A stretch of DNA of 54,687 bases, filler included, from Squatina squatina (taxonomy: Eukaryota), in assembly GCA_031763465.1 (NCBI GenBank). It is 3 parts of 3 records of this genome, joined end to end, with 100 filler letters (N's around TTAATTAATTAA, not from the genome) between each part and the next. Parts side by side here need not be neighbours in the genome. Positions count along the whole stretch, not along the records: positions 1 to 22,751 come from JARFOE010000001.1; 2 more parts are not named here. One strand, 5' to 3'. Made by a program: the position numbers and the translations under genes. A model generated the notes under the pieces. That model saw nothing but the letters and a program-made list of their open reading frames with translations. It had not been told where the DNA came from and searched no databases. Below are positions 1 through 12,892 of the stretch, in pieces. The stretch's first letter is position 1; the number at the start of each line of letters is the position of its first letter.

Positions 1-1148
1 ACACTACAGGAAAGACCTGGGAACTTCCATTACTACCGCAGGTGGTGGAACCAAAGCCATCTGCAAAGTTGCATTGAATGCCCACAGCCTTCAATCCTCC
101 TTTTGAAGCCAATCCTAGATGAAAAATAAACAAGCACGTGGTAGCACTGGTGCCAAATGATGGGAGCTTCAGAGGCTTTGCCTATCCATTATCTGTACTG
201 AAAAATGAGAGAGAGGGGAAACCGGGGTCTCATCATAAACATGCTTCAAACTTATATCAGTACTTCCAGTTCTTAACCTTGTCATAGCAGATGTAAAGCA
301 GGTTCTATAGTATCAAATTTCAAAAACAAAAGACTCAAGCAAGGTTTTTTTTTTAAGTGAAGGGAAGTGAGAGGGGAAGAGCCAGAAAAAAGTGGAAGTT
401 GGAAGGGGGAAGAGGAGATAGGTAAGAAATGCACTGGGTGAAGAAGAAGAGTAAAGAGGAATGGGAGTCTTTTTGGGTACTTGCAAAGATGAGGCATCAG
501 TAACTGCATCTTTTGGCAAGCATTCCCCCATCTCACACATTACCTAGACAAGGTGCGATAGTGATTATTGGGCTTTTACTGAACACTGCCTGCAAATTAG
601 AATGGGCCCAGATGCACAAAATCAGAAGTGTGTGTGGGTGCATCAACCTGAAAAATAATTGTGTTTTTAACATATTAAGTAACTTGAAATTGTAAAAGTA
701 CAGTTTCCATTTAACTGTTATTGTAACTTTAACAATTTAAAAAAATTATAATTTTGATTAATTAAGTCAATATGCCAATTGAACAGTTGCATTTAGAAAA
801 GTTTTTATGCCCTGCAACGTGACTAAAGGTAAAATCAGAGGTAGGTTGTTATGGTTATCACGGTGACTTTTGGCTTTAAAATTCTATATTTCAAGCAGTC
901 ATGCTGAGATTAACAACCTGGCCACNNNNNNNNNNNNNNNNNNNNNNNNNNNNNNNNNNNNNNNNNNNNNNNNNNNNNNNNNNNNNNNNNNNNNNNNNNN
1001 NNNNNNNNNNNNNNNNNNNNNNNNNNNNNNNNNNNNNNNNNNNNNNNNNNNNNNNNNNNNNNNNNNNNNNNNNNNNNNNNNNNNNNNNNNNNNNNNNNNN
1101 NNNNNNNNNNNNNNNNNNNNNNNNNNNNNNNNNNNNNNNNNNNNNNNN

Positions 1149-1526
1149 GATATGCTGGAGTACTGTCGGCATTTGGATGGTTGTTCACATATGGGTTATA
1201 TGACTGTTGTGGATTTGAATGGTTGCTGGACAGATGCATACATGTGCTGGGTTGAGTAGGAGGGGCCATTGGTGTGCCCCTTGTTGGCATTTTGGGCTCC
1301 TGTCGATTAGGTTGCTGTTTTGTGTCCTCATCAGTGTCCAAACGGGTCAGCTTTTCCATCCACATCCGGAATCTCTCCTCTGTCTGCCGCTGCATCTCAG
1401 CAAAACAGTTCATTGCTTCCTCCAGGACATTGCCGATACAGTTCCGTTCCCATGAGATCCCACTGTCCAGTAGTCCAGCCATTTGGGCGGTAGTGCCTGC
1501 AGTCCCCTCTGCACGATTGTTGCCAG
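1149..1526 (-). CDS. Probable additional/alternative ARK2N (C18orf25) coding exon, 3' end lost in N gap
   Basis: Acceptor tctttcaag| at 1527-1528. The phase-1 start matches the phase-1 donor of the ARK2N exon at 2418. The frame (A)GNNRAEGTAGTTAQMAGLLDSGISWERNCIGNVLEEAMNCFAEMQRQTEERFRMWMEKLTRLD... stays open to the gap. Confidence 0.6.
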
Positions 1527-2417
1527 CTTGAAAGACATTGAGGCCATTTGATAAGAGCGATTACAACACACCCATTTTACCTTTTAAAGAGACAGGATCC
1601 CTTTCAGTCAGCCTTATCAAAAAGCAATTCTACAAAACAGACTTGTATTATAGCTGCTTTTAAAGAAATCTACAGTCACTTATCCTCAGTGAACATTTAG
1701 CTGATCAGAACCAATCTATTGTCAGAACTTGAGCAGCAAAAATTATATTACTGATATAGTAGATGCAATCCCAGTTAAGCAAAATTTACATTAATCAACN
1801 NNNNNNNNNNNNNNNNNNNNNNNNNNNNNNNNNNNNNNNNNNNNNNNNNNNNNNNNNNNNNNNNNNNNNNNNNNNNNNNNNNNNNNNNNNNNNNNNNNNT
1901 AATTTAGATGCTCACTTACAAGTTTTTTTTTTAAAACAATGGTTCTATTTTATATGCACTTCATTCATCAAAAGCCAAAAAGTTGTCACTTTACCAAAAT
2001 ATATTAAAGGAGATAAGATGCTTATATAGCAACAGCTCTACTTGAAGTTTTTTCCCCAAGTGAGGTAGGGAAAGGAAATTTGTGCTAATTGAAACAGGAT
2101 TATAGAGATGGTCAGGGAACCACGATAGAACATGAACTCTCGAAGAAGTGGGCTTGATCAGCTTTTTCTTATTCCAGATTTTCTTATGTTCTATGTATGG
2201 GGACTGGAAAACAAAACTGGGTGGCTAGGCTGTTATCAAGAACATATTTAATACAAACCTATATACTGCTTTATGACAGTTAAAAAATTAATTTAATTTC
2301 TAAAGCAATCACCTAAAACCAAGAGGAAGTTAAACAAGAAATTACACTAGCCACCAAGATGCTGCTTTTTTCTTATGGGTTTTTAAAATCACTGCTGTAA
2401 TAAATGTTTGTAAATAC

Positions 2418-3020
2418 CTGGAATCTCTGCGCTAATCGTCCTCTTGCCATTTCCAGAAACCTCATCCTCTGATGAACTTGTGCTGGAGTCACATGTCAAG
2501 TCGCTATCACTCGTACTGCTGTCCTGCAGCAGTGTGTACTTCTTCCTAGCTGCTGCTTCACGTTTCTGTCGTAGCAATCGTATCCGTTCCTTTTGCTTCT
2601 GGGTTCTAACCTTTGACACACGGCCGTTTTGCTTGTCATTTGATGAGCGGTTCTTTTTAGGAGCCATGGTTGATGTTTCACTCTCAGACCTGGATCGTCG
2701 TGATTTTCTGCCAACTGCAGGACCAGATCCTCCTGAAGGATCCTCGTCCACAGCCACATTTGCCTGAGGTGCCTCATTTTCCTCTACGGACGAAAGAGTG
2801 TCAGAGTCTGCCAAATGACCACTGGAAGAAGGGGAAACCATGCACTGATTAGAAGAGTCACTATCATAGGTGCGGCCAGGTGTTTGCTTATCGCTGTCTG
2901 CAGAGGGAAGCTGGGATTCAGAAGAGTCTTGTCCAAGTTCCATCAACAAACAAGGCTCAGCAGATAGCCCACTTGGTTTCGGTGGACGATCATTATTCTC
3001 TTTTCTCAATTTGGCTGCTG
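2418..3020 (-). CDS. ARK2N: ARK2N/C18orf25 (Arkadia N-terminal-like) large coding exon, 5' part in gap
   Basis: Contains [82 protein letters not shown] and AEIP, matching C18orf25 as I recall it. Donor CAG|GTATTT. Lies next to HAUS1/ATP5F1A as in human 18q21. Confidence 0.93.
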
Positions 3021-3345
3021 NNNNNNNNNNNNNNNNNNNNNNNNNNNNNNNNNNNNNNNNNNNNNNNNNNNNNNNNNNNNNNNNNNNNNNNNNNNNNNNN
3101 NNNNNNNNNNNNNNNNNNNNCTGGCATGATGCTATTTAAGATGGGGCAAAAGAAAAATGTTGCACACCCACTGAGCAACCTCCGCGACATAAAAGTTAAG
3201 GAAGGATTCTCTGTCTGCACGCAATCAGCAGCATAAATTCTGTGGTGTAGCACATCGGTGTGGTAATACTGCTAACTAGCCCTTCCCCTGCCCAGATTCT
3301 GCATTCAATTTAGTCCAGTTGAATAATAGTCTGCAGCCAACTCAC

Positions 3346-3520
3346 CATCAGTCTTGTACTCCACAGTTTTTTGCTTCAGATCCTCAATCAATTGGATGAC
3401 GTCATGGTCTCGAGTTTCATTCCGTTCCATCAGGCGACACAGAACATCCATGGTCCATGGGTTCACTTCATAGAAAGGGATTTGCTGGTCCCCAAAAATC
3501 TTCGATAGCCACAATGAAAC
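3346..3520 (-). CDS. HAUS1: HAUS augmin complex subunit 1, exon 2
   Basis: 175-nt exon between tag| and |GTGAG. Encodes VSLWLSKIFGDQQIPFYEVNPWTMDVLCRLMERNETRDHDVIQLIEDLKQKTVEYKTD (cf. human WLKKIFGDHPIPQYEVNPRT...IEDLKQKASEY). Confidence 0.93.
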
Positions 3521-4357
3521 CTACCATTAAAACACAGAGGAAAACTTAAAAATGCAACGTGATCAGAATATCCATTCATATGGGTCCCAATTTTCCACAC
3601 TGTACACAAGCAGCAAATTTCACACCGCACTTCTCCAGTCTGTGGAACTCTATCCAAACATTATCAACTGGAGCTCCTTCTCTCATACAATGAAGTCTCA
3701 ATACATAACTATCACCGGCCAAAACAGGATTGTAGTGGAAACCTCTGGGCCTGTTCCTCAGAACCCAATGTTGCCATCCTCTCCAGAGTACATATTCTCC
3801 ACAGTCTGTCTCCTTGCAACGACCAAAATTAATTTTGCTAGATTTAGTTTTGAGCATAAGAAAATAATGGAAAGGAAAAGCCCGGCTAGTCAATCAAGCC
3901 TGACCCATACTGTTATAATGCAACTTATGCACCCCCCCACCAGCCATCCACGCATTCTCCTGGGAATGGCAAAATTGCACATATTGTTATGCCATCTAAT
4001 ATTAAACAAATGATCAATGCAGTATCTACAGAGGGGCATGGGCTAGCTTTGCATCTGCATTTCTCAACAGATGGAGTCGTTGGGAAGAGACTTCTGCTGG
4101 TCACAATGTGTTTGCAACATCACCTCGTAAGCAGATTTCCTGATTGCTATTTTGAATGAAATCGTAGCCTCAGCGCTCATAATCTCCATTTCTCAGGTGA
4201 ATCAACAGCTTAATTGCGACATCTTGACTTCCTACACGCCCTTTTAATGGGGCAAGTAAAATCTTGTTTCTTGTATTTTTCCCAAAGACCCAATTTCTTC
4301 AAGTGCCCCACAGCTTTAACCAACAACCACCTCTCTGATGGGTTCATCTTAAGCTTT

Positions 4358-4720
4358 TAGAAACATAGAAAATAGGAGCAGGAGTAGGCCAGTCGGCCTT
4401 CGAGTCTGTTCCGCCATTCAACATGATCATGGCTGATCATCCATCTCAACGCCATATTCCCGCTTTCTCCCCATACCCCTTGATGTCTTTAGTATCTAAA
4501 ATTCTATCTATCTTCCTCTTGAATATACTCAGTGACCCGGCCTTCATAGCCTTCTGTGGTAGAGAATTCCACAGGTTCACTACCCTCTGTGTGAAAAATG
4601 TTTCCTCAACTCAGTCCTAAATGGCTTACCCAGTATCCTGAAACTGTGTCCCCCTGGTTCTAGACTCCCCAACTAGGGGAAACATCCTCCCTGCATCTAG
4701 TCAGTCTCGCCCGGTCAGAA
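4358..4720 (-). mobile_element. CR1/HER1-type LINE 3' end
   Basis: Tail motif agaaacatagaaaataggagcaggagtaggcc followed by the reverse complement of the RT C-terminal (RVVNLWNSLPQ-type) sequence. The same tail recurs at 24838 and about 39105. Confidence 0.75.
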
Positions 4721-4726
4721 TTGACC

Positions 4727-4858
4727 ATGTGTGCAGGAAGTGTATCCAACTGCAGCTACTGGCTGACCACATTGCGGACCTAGAGCTGCAAATGGATTCA
4801 CTGTGGAGCAGCCGCGATGCTGAGGACATCGTGGACAGCACGTTTAGCGAGGTGGTCG
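4727..4858 (+). mobile_element. CR1 ORF1 fragment (zinc finger/leucine zipper)
   Basis: CRKCIQLQLLADHIADLELQMDSLWSSRDAEDIVDSTFSEVV resembles vertebrate CR1 ORF1. Confidence 0.65.
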
Positions 4859-5412
4859 NNNNNNNNNNNNNNNNNNNNNNNNNNNNNNNNNNNNNNNNNN
4901 NNNNNNNNNNNNNNNNNNNNNNNNNNNNNNNNNNNNNNNNNNNNNNNNNNNNNNNNNNTTAACTAGCCTGAACTCATTTTGCTCTGGTACTTAGAACCAT
5001 AAAAATTCACAGCATAGGAGCCCATTTGACCCACTGAGCCTGTCATCACCTAGCTAGAGCAATCTAAACTAAACCCACAGCCCTGCACTCTCCCAAAATC
5101 TGTATCTTGCACTCCTTGAAATATTTATCCAATTTCCACTTAAAAGATGCAATTGTCTCTGCTTCAGCCATTCCCTCTGGCAAAGCTTTCCACTAACCCT
5201 CTATAAAGAAGTTTCCCCTAAACCTTCTCAGTCTGTGATGATTTTAAATTGTTGACATTCCTGCCTGCCCACATCAGTGACTCTCCATTTCACTATCAAA
5301 TCTTTCATAATTTTAAAACAAACCTCTTCAATCTTCTCAACCTTTGCTGCTCTAGTGGAAATAGTTCCAGAATCTCCAATGTTTCCTCATAACTATAATT
5401 TCACATCTCTGA

Positions 5413-5601
<189 letters not shown>

Positions 5602-6101
5602 GNNNNNNNNNNNNNNNNNNNNNNNNNNNNNNNNNNNNNNNNNNNNNNNNNNNNNNNNNNNNNNNNNNNNNNNNNNNNNNNNNNNNNNNNNNNNNNNNNN
5701 NNNNNNNNNNNNNNNNNNNNNNNNNNNNNNNNNNNNNNNNNNNNNNNNNNNNNNNNNNNNNNNNNNNNNNNNNNNNNNNNNNNNNNNNNNNNNNNNNNNN
5801 NNNNNNNNNNNNNNNNNNNNNNNNNNNNNNNNNNNNNNNNNNNNNNNNNNNNNNNNNNNNNNNNNNNNNNNNNNNNNNNNNNNNNNNNNNNNNNNNNNNN
5901 NNNNNNNNNNNNNNNNNNNNNNNNNNNNNNNNNNNNNNNNNNNNNNNNNNNNNNNNNNNNNNNNNNNNNNNNNNNNNNNNNNNNNNNNNNNNNNNNNNNN
6001 NNNNNNNNNNNNNNNNNNNNNNNNNNNNNNNNNNNNNNNNNNNNNNNNNNNNNNNNNNNNNNNNNNNNNNNNNNNNNNNNNNNNNNNNNNNNNNNNNNNN
6101 N

Positions 6102-6300
6102 TTTGTCATATGCAAATTTTGAAATTGTGCCCTATACATCCACATCCAAATCATAATATATATCAAGAAAAGCAGTGGTCCAAAAAATAACCATTCGCCA
6201 CTGCTGTTTCCTGTCACTTAGCCAATTTCTTATCTATGCTGCCACTGTCTCTTTTATTCCATGGGCTTCAACTTTGATGGCAAGCTTATTATGTGGCACT
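6102..6300 (-). mobile_element. Degenerate CR1 RT fragment in ATP5F1A intron
   Basis: Minus strand gives GPLLFLIYI followed by a frameshifted SKFA(D)D-like motif. Confidence 0.6.
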
Positions 6301-6413
6301 TTGTGGCATAGTATAGAAAAAGAAAAATCTGCGTGCGGCTCGCCTTGGGCTGCTCCCATGTGCATCCTAGTAATTGACTGGAAGCTGTATTAACACCTAG
6401 AACAAACTAGTAG

Positions 6414-6689
<276 letters not shown>

Positions 6690-7182
6690 TAGCTCCTGAT
6701 AGTACTACTAGTGTAAGAGTATCTTTGCTATAATGTTCAGGCAGTAATATGTATGCTTCAACTCTTTTTATGTAGTTATCTTCACCTTGCTATTTTAACT
6801 TTTTTACATAGTGTCTATAGCACAGAAATGTGCTGTTCCGTCCAACTGGTGTATGCTGGTGTTTAAGCTGCACACAAGGCTTCTCTTACCCCTCTTCATC
6901 TAATCCGATCAGCAAATCCTTCTATTCCTTTCTCGTGCTGATCCAGGTTCCCCTTAAATGCATGTGTTTTCTGTCATCTTCCATTTGGGGCTGTGATCTA
7001 GATTTCTAAAATTTGATCTCTGGGCTGGAAACCAGCTCAAGTTTGTTTTGTGGCCAGTTGGTAAAGCTTAACCTGGCCATGTCATTGAAATGACCAAGTC
7101 AAACTGCCCTGTCTCCTTTTTAGTTCCTCTTGTTTGTAAAAGTTTGAATCCTCCTCAAACCTCAGTATTTGCCTTTCTCTAA

Positions 7183-7353
<171 letters not shown>

Positions 7354-7845
7354 TAAGAGCCATGTATTAANNNNNNNNNNNNNNNNNNNNNNNNNNNNNN
7401 NNNNNNNNNNNNNNNNNNNNNNNNNNNNNNNNNNNNNNNNNNNNNNNNNNNNNNNNNNNNNNNNNNNNNNNNNNNNNNNNNNNNNNNNNNNNNNNNNNNN
7501 NNNNNNNNNNNNNNNNNNNNNNNNNNNNNNNNNNNNNNNNNNNNNNNNNNNNNNNNNNNNNNNNNNNNNNNNNNNNNNNNNNNNNNNNNNNNNNNNNNNN
7601 NNNNNNNNNNNNNNNNNNNNNNNNNNNNNNNNNNNNNNNNNNNNNNNNNNNNNNNNNNNNNNNNNNNNNNNNNNNNNNNNNNNNNNNNNNNNNNNNNNNN
7701 NNNNNNNNNNNNNNNNNNNNNNNNNNNNNNNNNNNNNNNNNATTTTGACTGTTGCCCTATCTGAGATCAGCTAACCTAGCAGAGTAGTTAAAGGACTAGA
7801 GATGTTTTTGATCTGTGGCTCAGGATAAACTTGTCGTGACTCTGA

Positions 7846-8082
<237 letters not shown>

Positions 8083-8407
8083 TAAATGTCTGTTAAGTGA
8101 ATAAAGATTTATGCTGTATGTTTGGCATTTGTGCAGTAAAGGACTGCTGATTTTTCCAGATCACTGGTGTGGTATCCTACCAAGAACACTTGGAAGGGCT
8201 TATTTTGAGTGGTTGATTTTGGAAGGGACAGTGGCAGGAGTTCTACAGTTGGCACTGGCTCTCCTGGGCTGGGATAATAAAATCATCCAGGATCCTGTAG
8301 AAAGTGGGGGTAAAATGGTAAAGTGGGTGCGAGTGATCACCAGAAATACTGAGTTGTAAGAAGCATGAGTGCAATAGCTTCCACACTGATGTGAATCAGC
8401 ATTTTGA

Positions 8408-8629
<222 letters not shown>

Positions 8630-9847
8630 TGAGTGGTTTTGAATCACTGCCATTGCTTTAGATTCCTTCTCTCAGGAGATTTCTGGTCGGTCACTATTGT
8701 TTTCTGTCTTCGAGAAGGTATTTCTTCCTTTTTGTGTTTCCCTGGTTATGAGGGAGAAGTACCCTTTGGCAAGGATCCAGTAGCCTGGACAGAATTGCAA
8801 GTGTTGAGACTGTTCCAGATTCTGGATCTTGAGTCAGAGATTCGATCTTTGCATGAACAGGCTGGAGTTAAAATTATTGTTCCACCAGTTTGAAATGTCT
8901 CTTGCTTTGCCTAACCAGCCAGTTCTGCTGGCTGTTGTTGATGTTGAAACTTGGAACTCTTCTTTAGTAGAAAATGTCTGTTTATCCTTTGCTGAAGCTT
9001 TTTAAATTTTGCTGGCTTGTGAATGTATAGTGCGAATCAGCCTCTGAGCCAAGCCTGACAGCAACCCTGGCTGACGTTTTTTTCTCCTTNNNNNNNNNNN
9101 NNNNNNNNNNNNNNNNNNNNNNNNNNNNNNNNNNNNNNNNNNNNNNNNNNNNNNNNNNNNNNNNNNNNNNNNNNNNNNNNNNNNNNNNNGGAGGGGACAG
9201 TGCAGGGAAGGGGGAGAGCAGGAGGGGAGGGGGGAGAGTGAGGGTTGTGGGATGGGGCAAGAGGTGGGAACAGAGTTGGGGGAAAGTGGGTTAGGGGTGA
9301 GAGACCGGGGAGTGGGGAGTGGGGGAGCAGTGTCGAATAGAGAGCAGCCTTGCTGTCAATCCTTACAGTGGCTTCTGCATTCTGTGAGATGAAGTACCTC
9401 TGCACATTTGATGCCTCAGTCTCATTAAGGCCCCAAATTTGTTGTAAAAATATTTAAAGATACAGCCCGCACAATACAACAGGTTGCACAGTGTTAACTC
9501 TTTTACCCCACCTTGTTCAGCTATTTGAAATAGAACCACTTGGTTCTGCTATGGGACCCATACCATAAATAGATTTTTTTTCTCAACCGTTGCTAGTTCT
9601 TGAACAAAATTCTCAAAGCTGCTCACTTTTGGGGCAGTTAAGATATTGAAATGCAGTTGCTGAGGATGGTTAGGACCAAACTTGGTCCTTACATCTGGAA
9701 CTGTGTATGCCATAAGGTTGCTTATTTAATCAGATCTTTAAAACTGTTGAATGCACTTAATACCGTCCACTCCAAGGTACTTCCTCCTTAGTAGGGTAAC
9801 AAAACTTATAACAACTGTAGTCTTGATCTTGCTTAAACCTCTTGCAG

Positions 9848-9909
9848 GCTGTTGCCTACCGTCAGATGTCCCTGCTGCTGCGTCGTCCCCCAGGTCGGGA
9901 GGCCTACCC
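9848..9909 (+). CDS. ATP5F1A: ATP synthase F1 alpha, exon truncated by gap
   Basis: cag|GCTGTTGCC. Encodes [21 protein letters not shown]. Confidence 0.95.
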
Positions 9910-11076
9910 NNNNNNNNNNNNNNNNNNNNNNNNNNNNNNNNNNNNNNNNNNNNNNNNNNNNNNNNNNNNNNNNNNNNNNNNNNNNNNNNNNNNNNNNNNN
10001 NNNNNNNNNTTTATTTTTCAAGTTCCTTCCCCACATGTGAGGCATAACTTCTTGCTGACCTTGATGAAAAGACAGACAGCTGACCTGCTCCTTCAAAAGT
10101 AGTGTTGTTACAAACTTTGCAGCAGATTCGCATTCAACCCATTGTTAGATCCTTGGTTGCAAGACAAAGGCCGTGAAAAGGGTCAGAATTGGTCCTTTAC
10201 GTGGCGATAAATGGGGTGCCAACATCATTTACGTTGGTGGGTTTTTAGTTGAGAATCCAGACCAATCTTTTTTTCTCCCTTGATGCCTCCTTCATCTTTC
10301 TTTTTGCTCCATATTTAGATGTATGAAGAAATACGGAAGGTGCTGGNNNNNNNNNNAACATACAAAAAGACCTTGAATTCTTCATAGACTTGAAAAGGAC
10401 CGGTGACACCCCACCAGGTAGGGCTGTCCCCTCTCGCAGGAGGCCATGGTATAACTTGTGATAGATACTGTGCACTCCAGTAGAGTTTGTGAAAGACTGT
10501 TACGCATACTCAAGGTTCGAATGCTGAACCTCCCCCAAACCAGTTGTGCCAAGTTGAATCGCAGATCCTGCTGGAATGTTTTTGGTTCATTCATGAAGAT
10601 CTGNNNNNNNNNNNNNNNNNNNNNNNNNNNNNNNNNNNNNNNNNNNNNNNNNNNNNNNNNNNNNNNNNNNNNNNNNNNNNNNNNNNNNNNNNNNNNNNNN
10701 NNNACCCGTCCCCGTGCTCCTGCCGTCATCGCCCTATGTGCGGCACACTGCCTTTACCGCACCAATTGGAAAGCGAATAGACTCTTCATCACCCGACTGA
10801 ATGAATCTTGACTGTCAAGTCAAACAGCCCTTTTTCTCCCTATGTGCGGATATTTGTATAATAAACACACCTGTTGAAAGAAGTGGAAAAAAAACCCCAC
10901 AATTTTGTTTAATGGCCCCATGAATTTTCTCTCGGCAATATCCTGGAGATGAACCTTTAATTCCGGGAGACTCCCGGGAGATCCTGGAGGGTTGGTAACC
11001 CCACCTGTCTTCCCCCCACCAACCAACCCAACCCTGACTGACACCCGGCACCGCAGGGAGGGGAGCCGGGACTTAC

Positions 11077-11173
11077 TCTCAGCCGGGATCACGGTTCCTG
11101 GTTCGCTGTTGGCTTCGGCGAACAACCCGGCAGCGAGCAGGACGAGGACACAGAACGGGGGAACGGCCATCAT
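11077..11173 (-). CDS. NICOL1: NICOL1/C4orf48 (small secreted protein) first coding exon, signal peptide
   Basis: MMAVPPFCVLVLLAAGLFAEANSEPGTVIPAE(S) then donor A|GTAAGT. Hydrophobic signal peptide, and EPGTVIPAES resembles human EPAGSAVPAQS before RPCVDCH. Acceptor gcag| at 11213. Divergent from NELFA as in human 4p16.3. Confidence 0.8.
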
Positions 11174-11479
11174 AGCACTGAGCGGCGGCGGCAGACCCTC
11201 GGCACCGGCGACCTGCAAATAATGGGGCGGGGAAGTGGAAAATCACCGTTATTTTTATTATCGATCGTAAAATTGACCGTTAATCGTAAACTTATTCTTT
11301 AAACCCAAGGAAAAAAAATCCGTGTTTAAAAGAAACAATTTGTCCCTAAATTTTTAACCCAAACCGACCGAAAAAATTTAATTTTAAAACCACTCGAGCT
11401 CCTTCCCTCTCAACTCAACTTGATGAAAGCAGTGCATGCATGAGGGGGGGGGGTGTAAGAAGTCGTGTGATTGATGTAC

Positions 11480-11703
11480 GTTTCCACCAATTGGCGAAGC
11501 GGACTTACCCAAGAGGCGGGAAACTGTGTCACGCCTATCCAATCAGCTGACAGAAGAAGGCGCGGCCTCGCAGCGACCAGCGGGCTTGGTTGTGAGCATC
11601 CGGCGGGGCGGGGCCTGAGCGCGAAGTGGGCGGGGCCTCGAGCCAAGGCTTTAGTCGTCCCGTTTAATGCCCGTCCATTCAAATCTCCTTCTTCAAGATG
11701 GCG
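11480..11703. promoter_or_regulatory. CpG-rich bidirectional promoter between NICOL1 and NELFA
   Basis: CCAAT boxes (~11486, ~11539), GC boxes GGGGCGGGG (~11605) and GGGCGGGG (~11628), and a YY1-type AAGATGGCG overlapping the NELFA ATG. High CpG density. Confidence 0.7.
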
Positions 11704-11907
11704 TCCATGCGGGAGAGCGACACAGGTTTGTGGCTTCACAACAAACTCGGCTCGGCCGACGAGCTCTGGGCACCTCCCAGCATCGCCTCGCTGCTCACTA
11801 AGGACGTGGTGGACAACATCCGCGTGTGTTTTCACGGCCTCTCGTCGGCGGTGAAGCTCAAACTGCTGCTGGGGATCCTGCACCTCCCCAAGCGGACCGT
11901 GGACGAG
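11698..11907 (+). CDS. NELFA: Negative elongation factor A, first coding exon
   Basis: MASMRESDTGLWLHNKLGSADELWAPPSIASLLTKDVVDNIRVCFHGLSSAVKLKLLLGILHLPKRTVDE, then donor GAG|GTGAG. Confidence 0.97.
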
Positions 11908-11924
11908 GTGAGCCGCCTTTTACT

Positions 11925-11950
11925 TCTCTCTCTCTCTCTCTCTGTGTGTG
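11925..11950. repeat. (TC)n(TG)n microsatellite
   Basis: Direct reading. Confidence 0.9.
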
Positions 11951-12220
11951 TCAGCGAGACTGGAAGGGAAACTGGAGAGAGCGCGGCAGGAAGTACATGA
12001 AACATAGGGGTCAAGTCACTAAATATAACCGCCCCTTCTCATTGCAAGACGTGTATGTCGGTGTGTGTGTATAAACCTGATGGATCAGCTCCAAAAAGTT
12101 TCATTGTTTAAAAAACGGGANNNNNNNNNNNNNNNNNNNNNNNNNNNNNNNNNNNNNNNNNNNNNNNNNNNNNNNNNNNNNNNNNNNNNNNNNNNNNNNN
12201 NNNNNNNNNNNNNNNNNNNN

Positions 12221-12792
12221 TATTTCCTCTGCCCTCCTAGAAGTCGCTTGCCATTACAAAGCTCGGGATATAGTGTTTGTTTTGGGAGTCTTGAATCAGG
12301 CAAGCGGACGATGTAACCCATCCATCGCAGTCGGTTGAGCGTGACCAGTACTTCGATACTGGGGATGTTGGCCTGAGTGAGGACGCTGCCGTTGTTGCGT
12401 TTATCCTGCAAGTTGATTTGCAGGATTTTGCGGAGGCAGCGTCGGTGGTATTTCTCCAGTGCTTTGAGGTGTCTGCTGTATAATGACCGGGTCTCCGCTG
12501 CATACAGGAGGGCAGGTGTCACTGCTGCCCTGTAGACCATGAGCCTGGTGCCGGGTCTGAGGTCTTTGTCTTCAAACACTCTCTTCCTCAAGCAGCCAAA
12601 GGCTGTGCTGGCACACTGGAGGTAGTGTTGGATTTCGTCGTCTATGTCTGCCGACGCGGAGAGGAGGCTCCCAAGGTATGGAAAGTGATCCGCGTTGTCC
12701 AGGGGCTTGCCATGGATCTTGATATTTGGGAGTAGGTGTTTTGCAGCTGGGGCAAGCTGGTGTAGGACCTTTGTCTTGCAGATGTTTAGTGT
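12221..12792 (-). mobile_element. RTE-clade LINE fragment A (RT C-terminal part)
   Basis: KTKVLHQ...HFPYLGSLLS...LLYAAET...CLRKILQI...RLRWMGYIVRLPDSRLPKQ...GKRLLGGQRK. Confidence 0.9.
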
Positions 12793-12892
12793 NNNNNNNN
12801 NNNNNNNNNNNNNNNNNNNNNNNNNNNNNNNNNNNNNNNNNNNNNNNNNNNNNNNNNNNNNNNNNNNNNNNNNNNNNNNNNNNNNNNNNNNN

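Noticed and set aside
10358-10603. Minus-strand frames with coding-like look, one with an in-frame TGA
   Set aside because: No recognisable homology or splice sites and no SECIS seen. Possibly a decayed retroelement.
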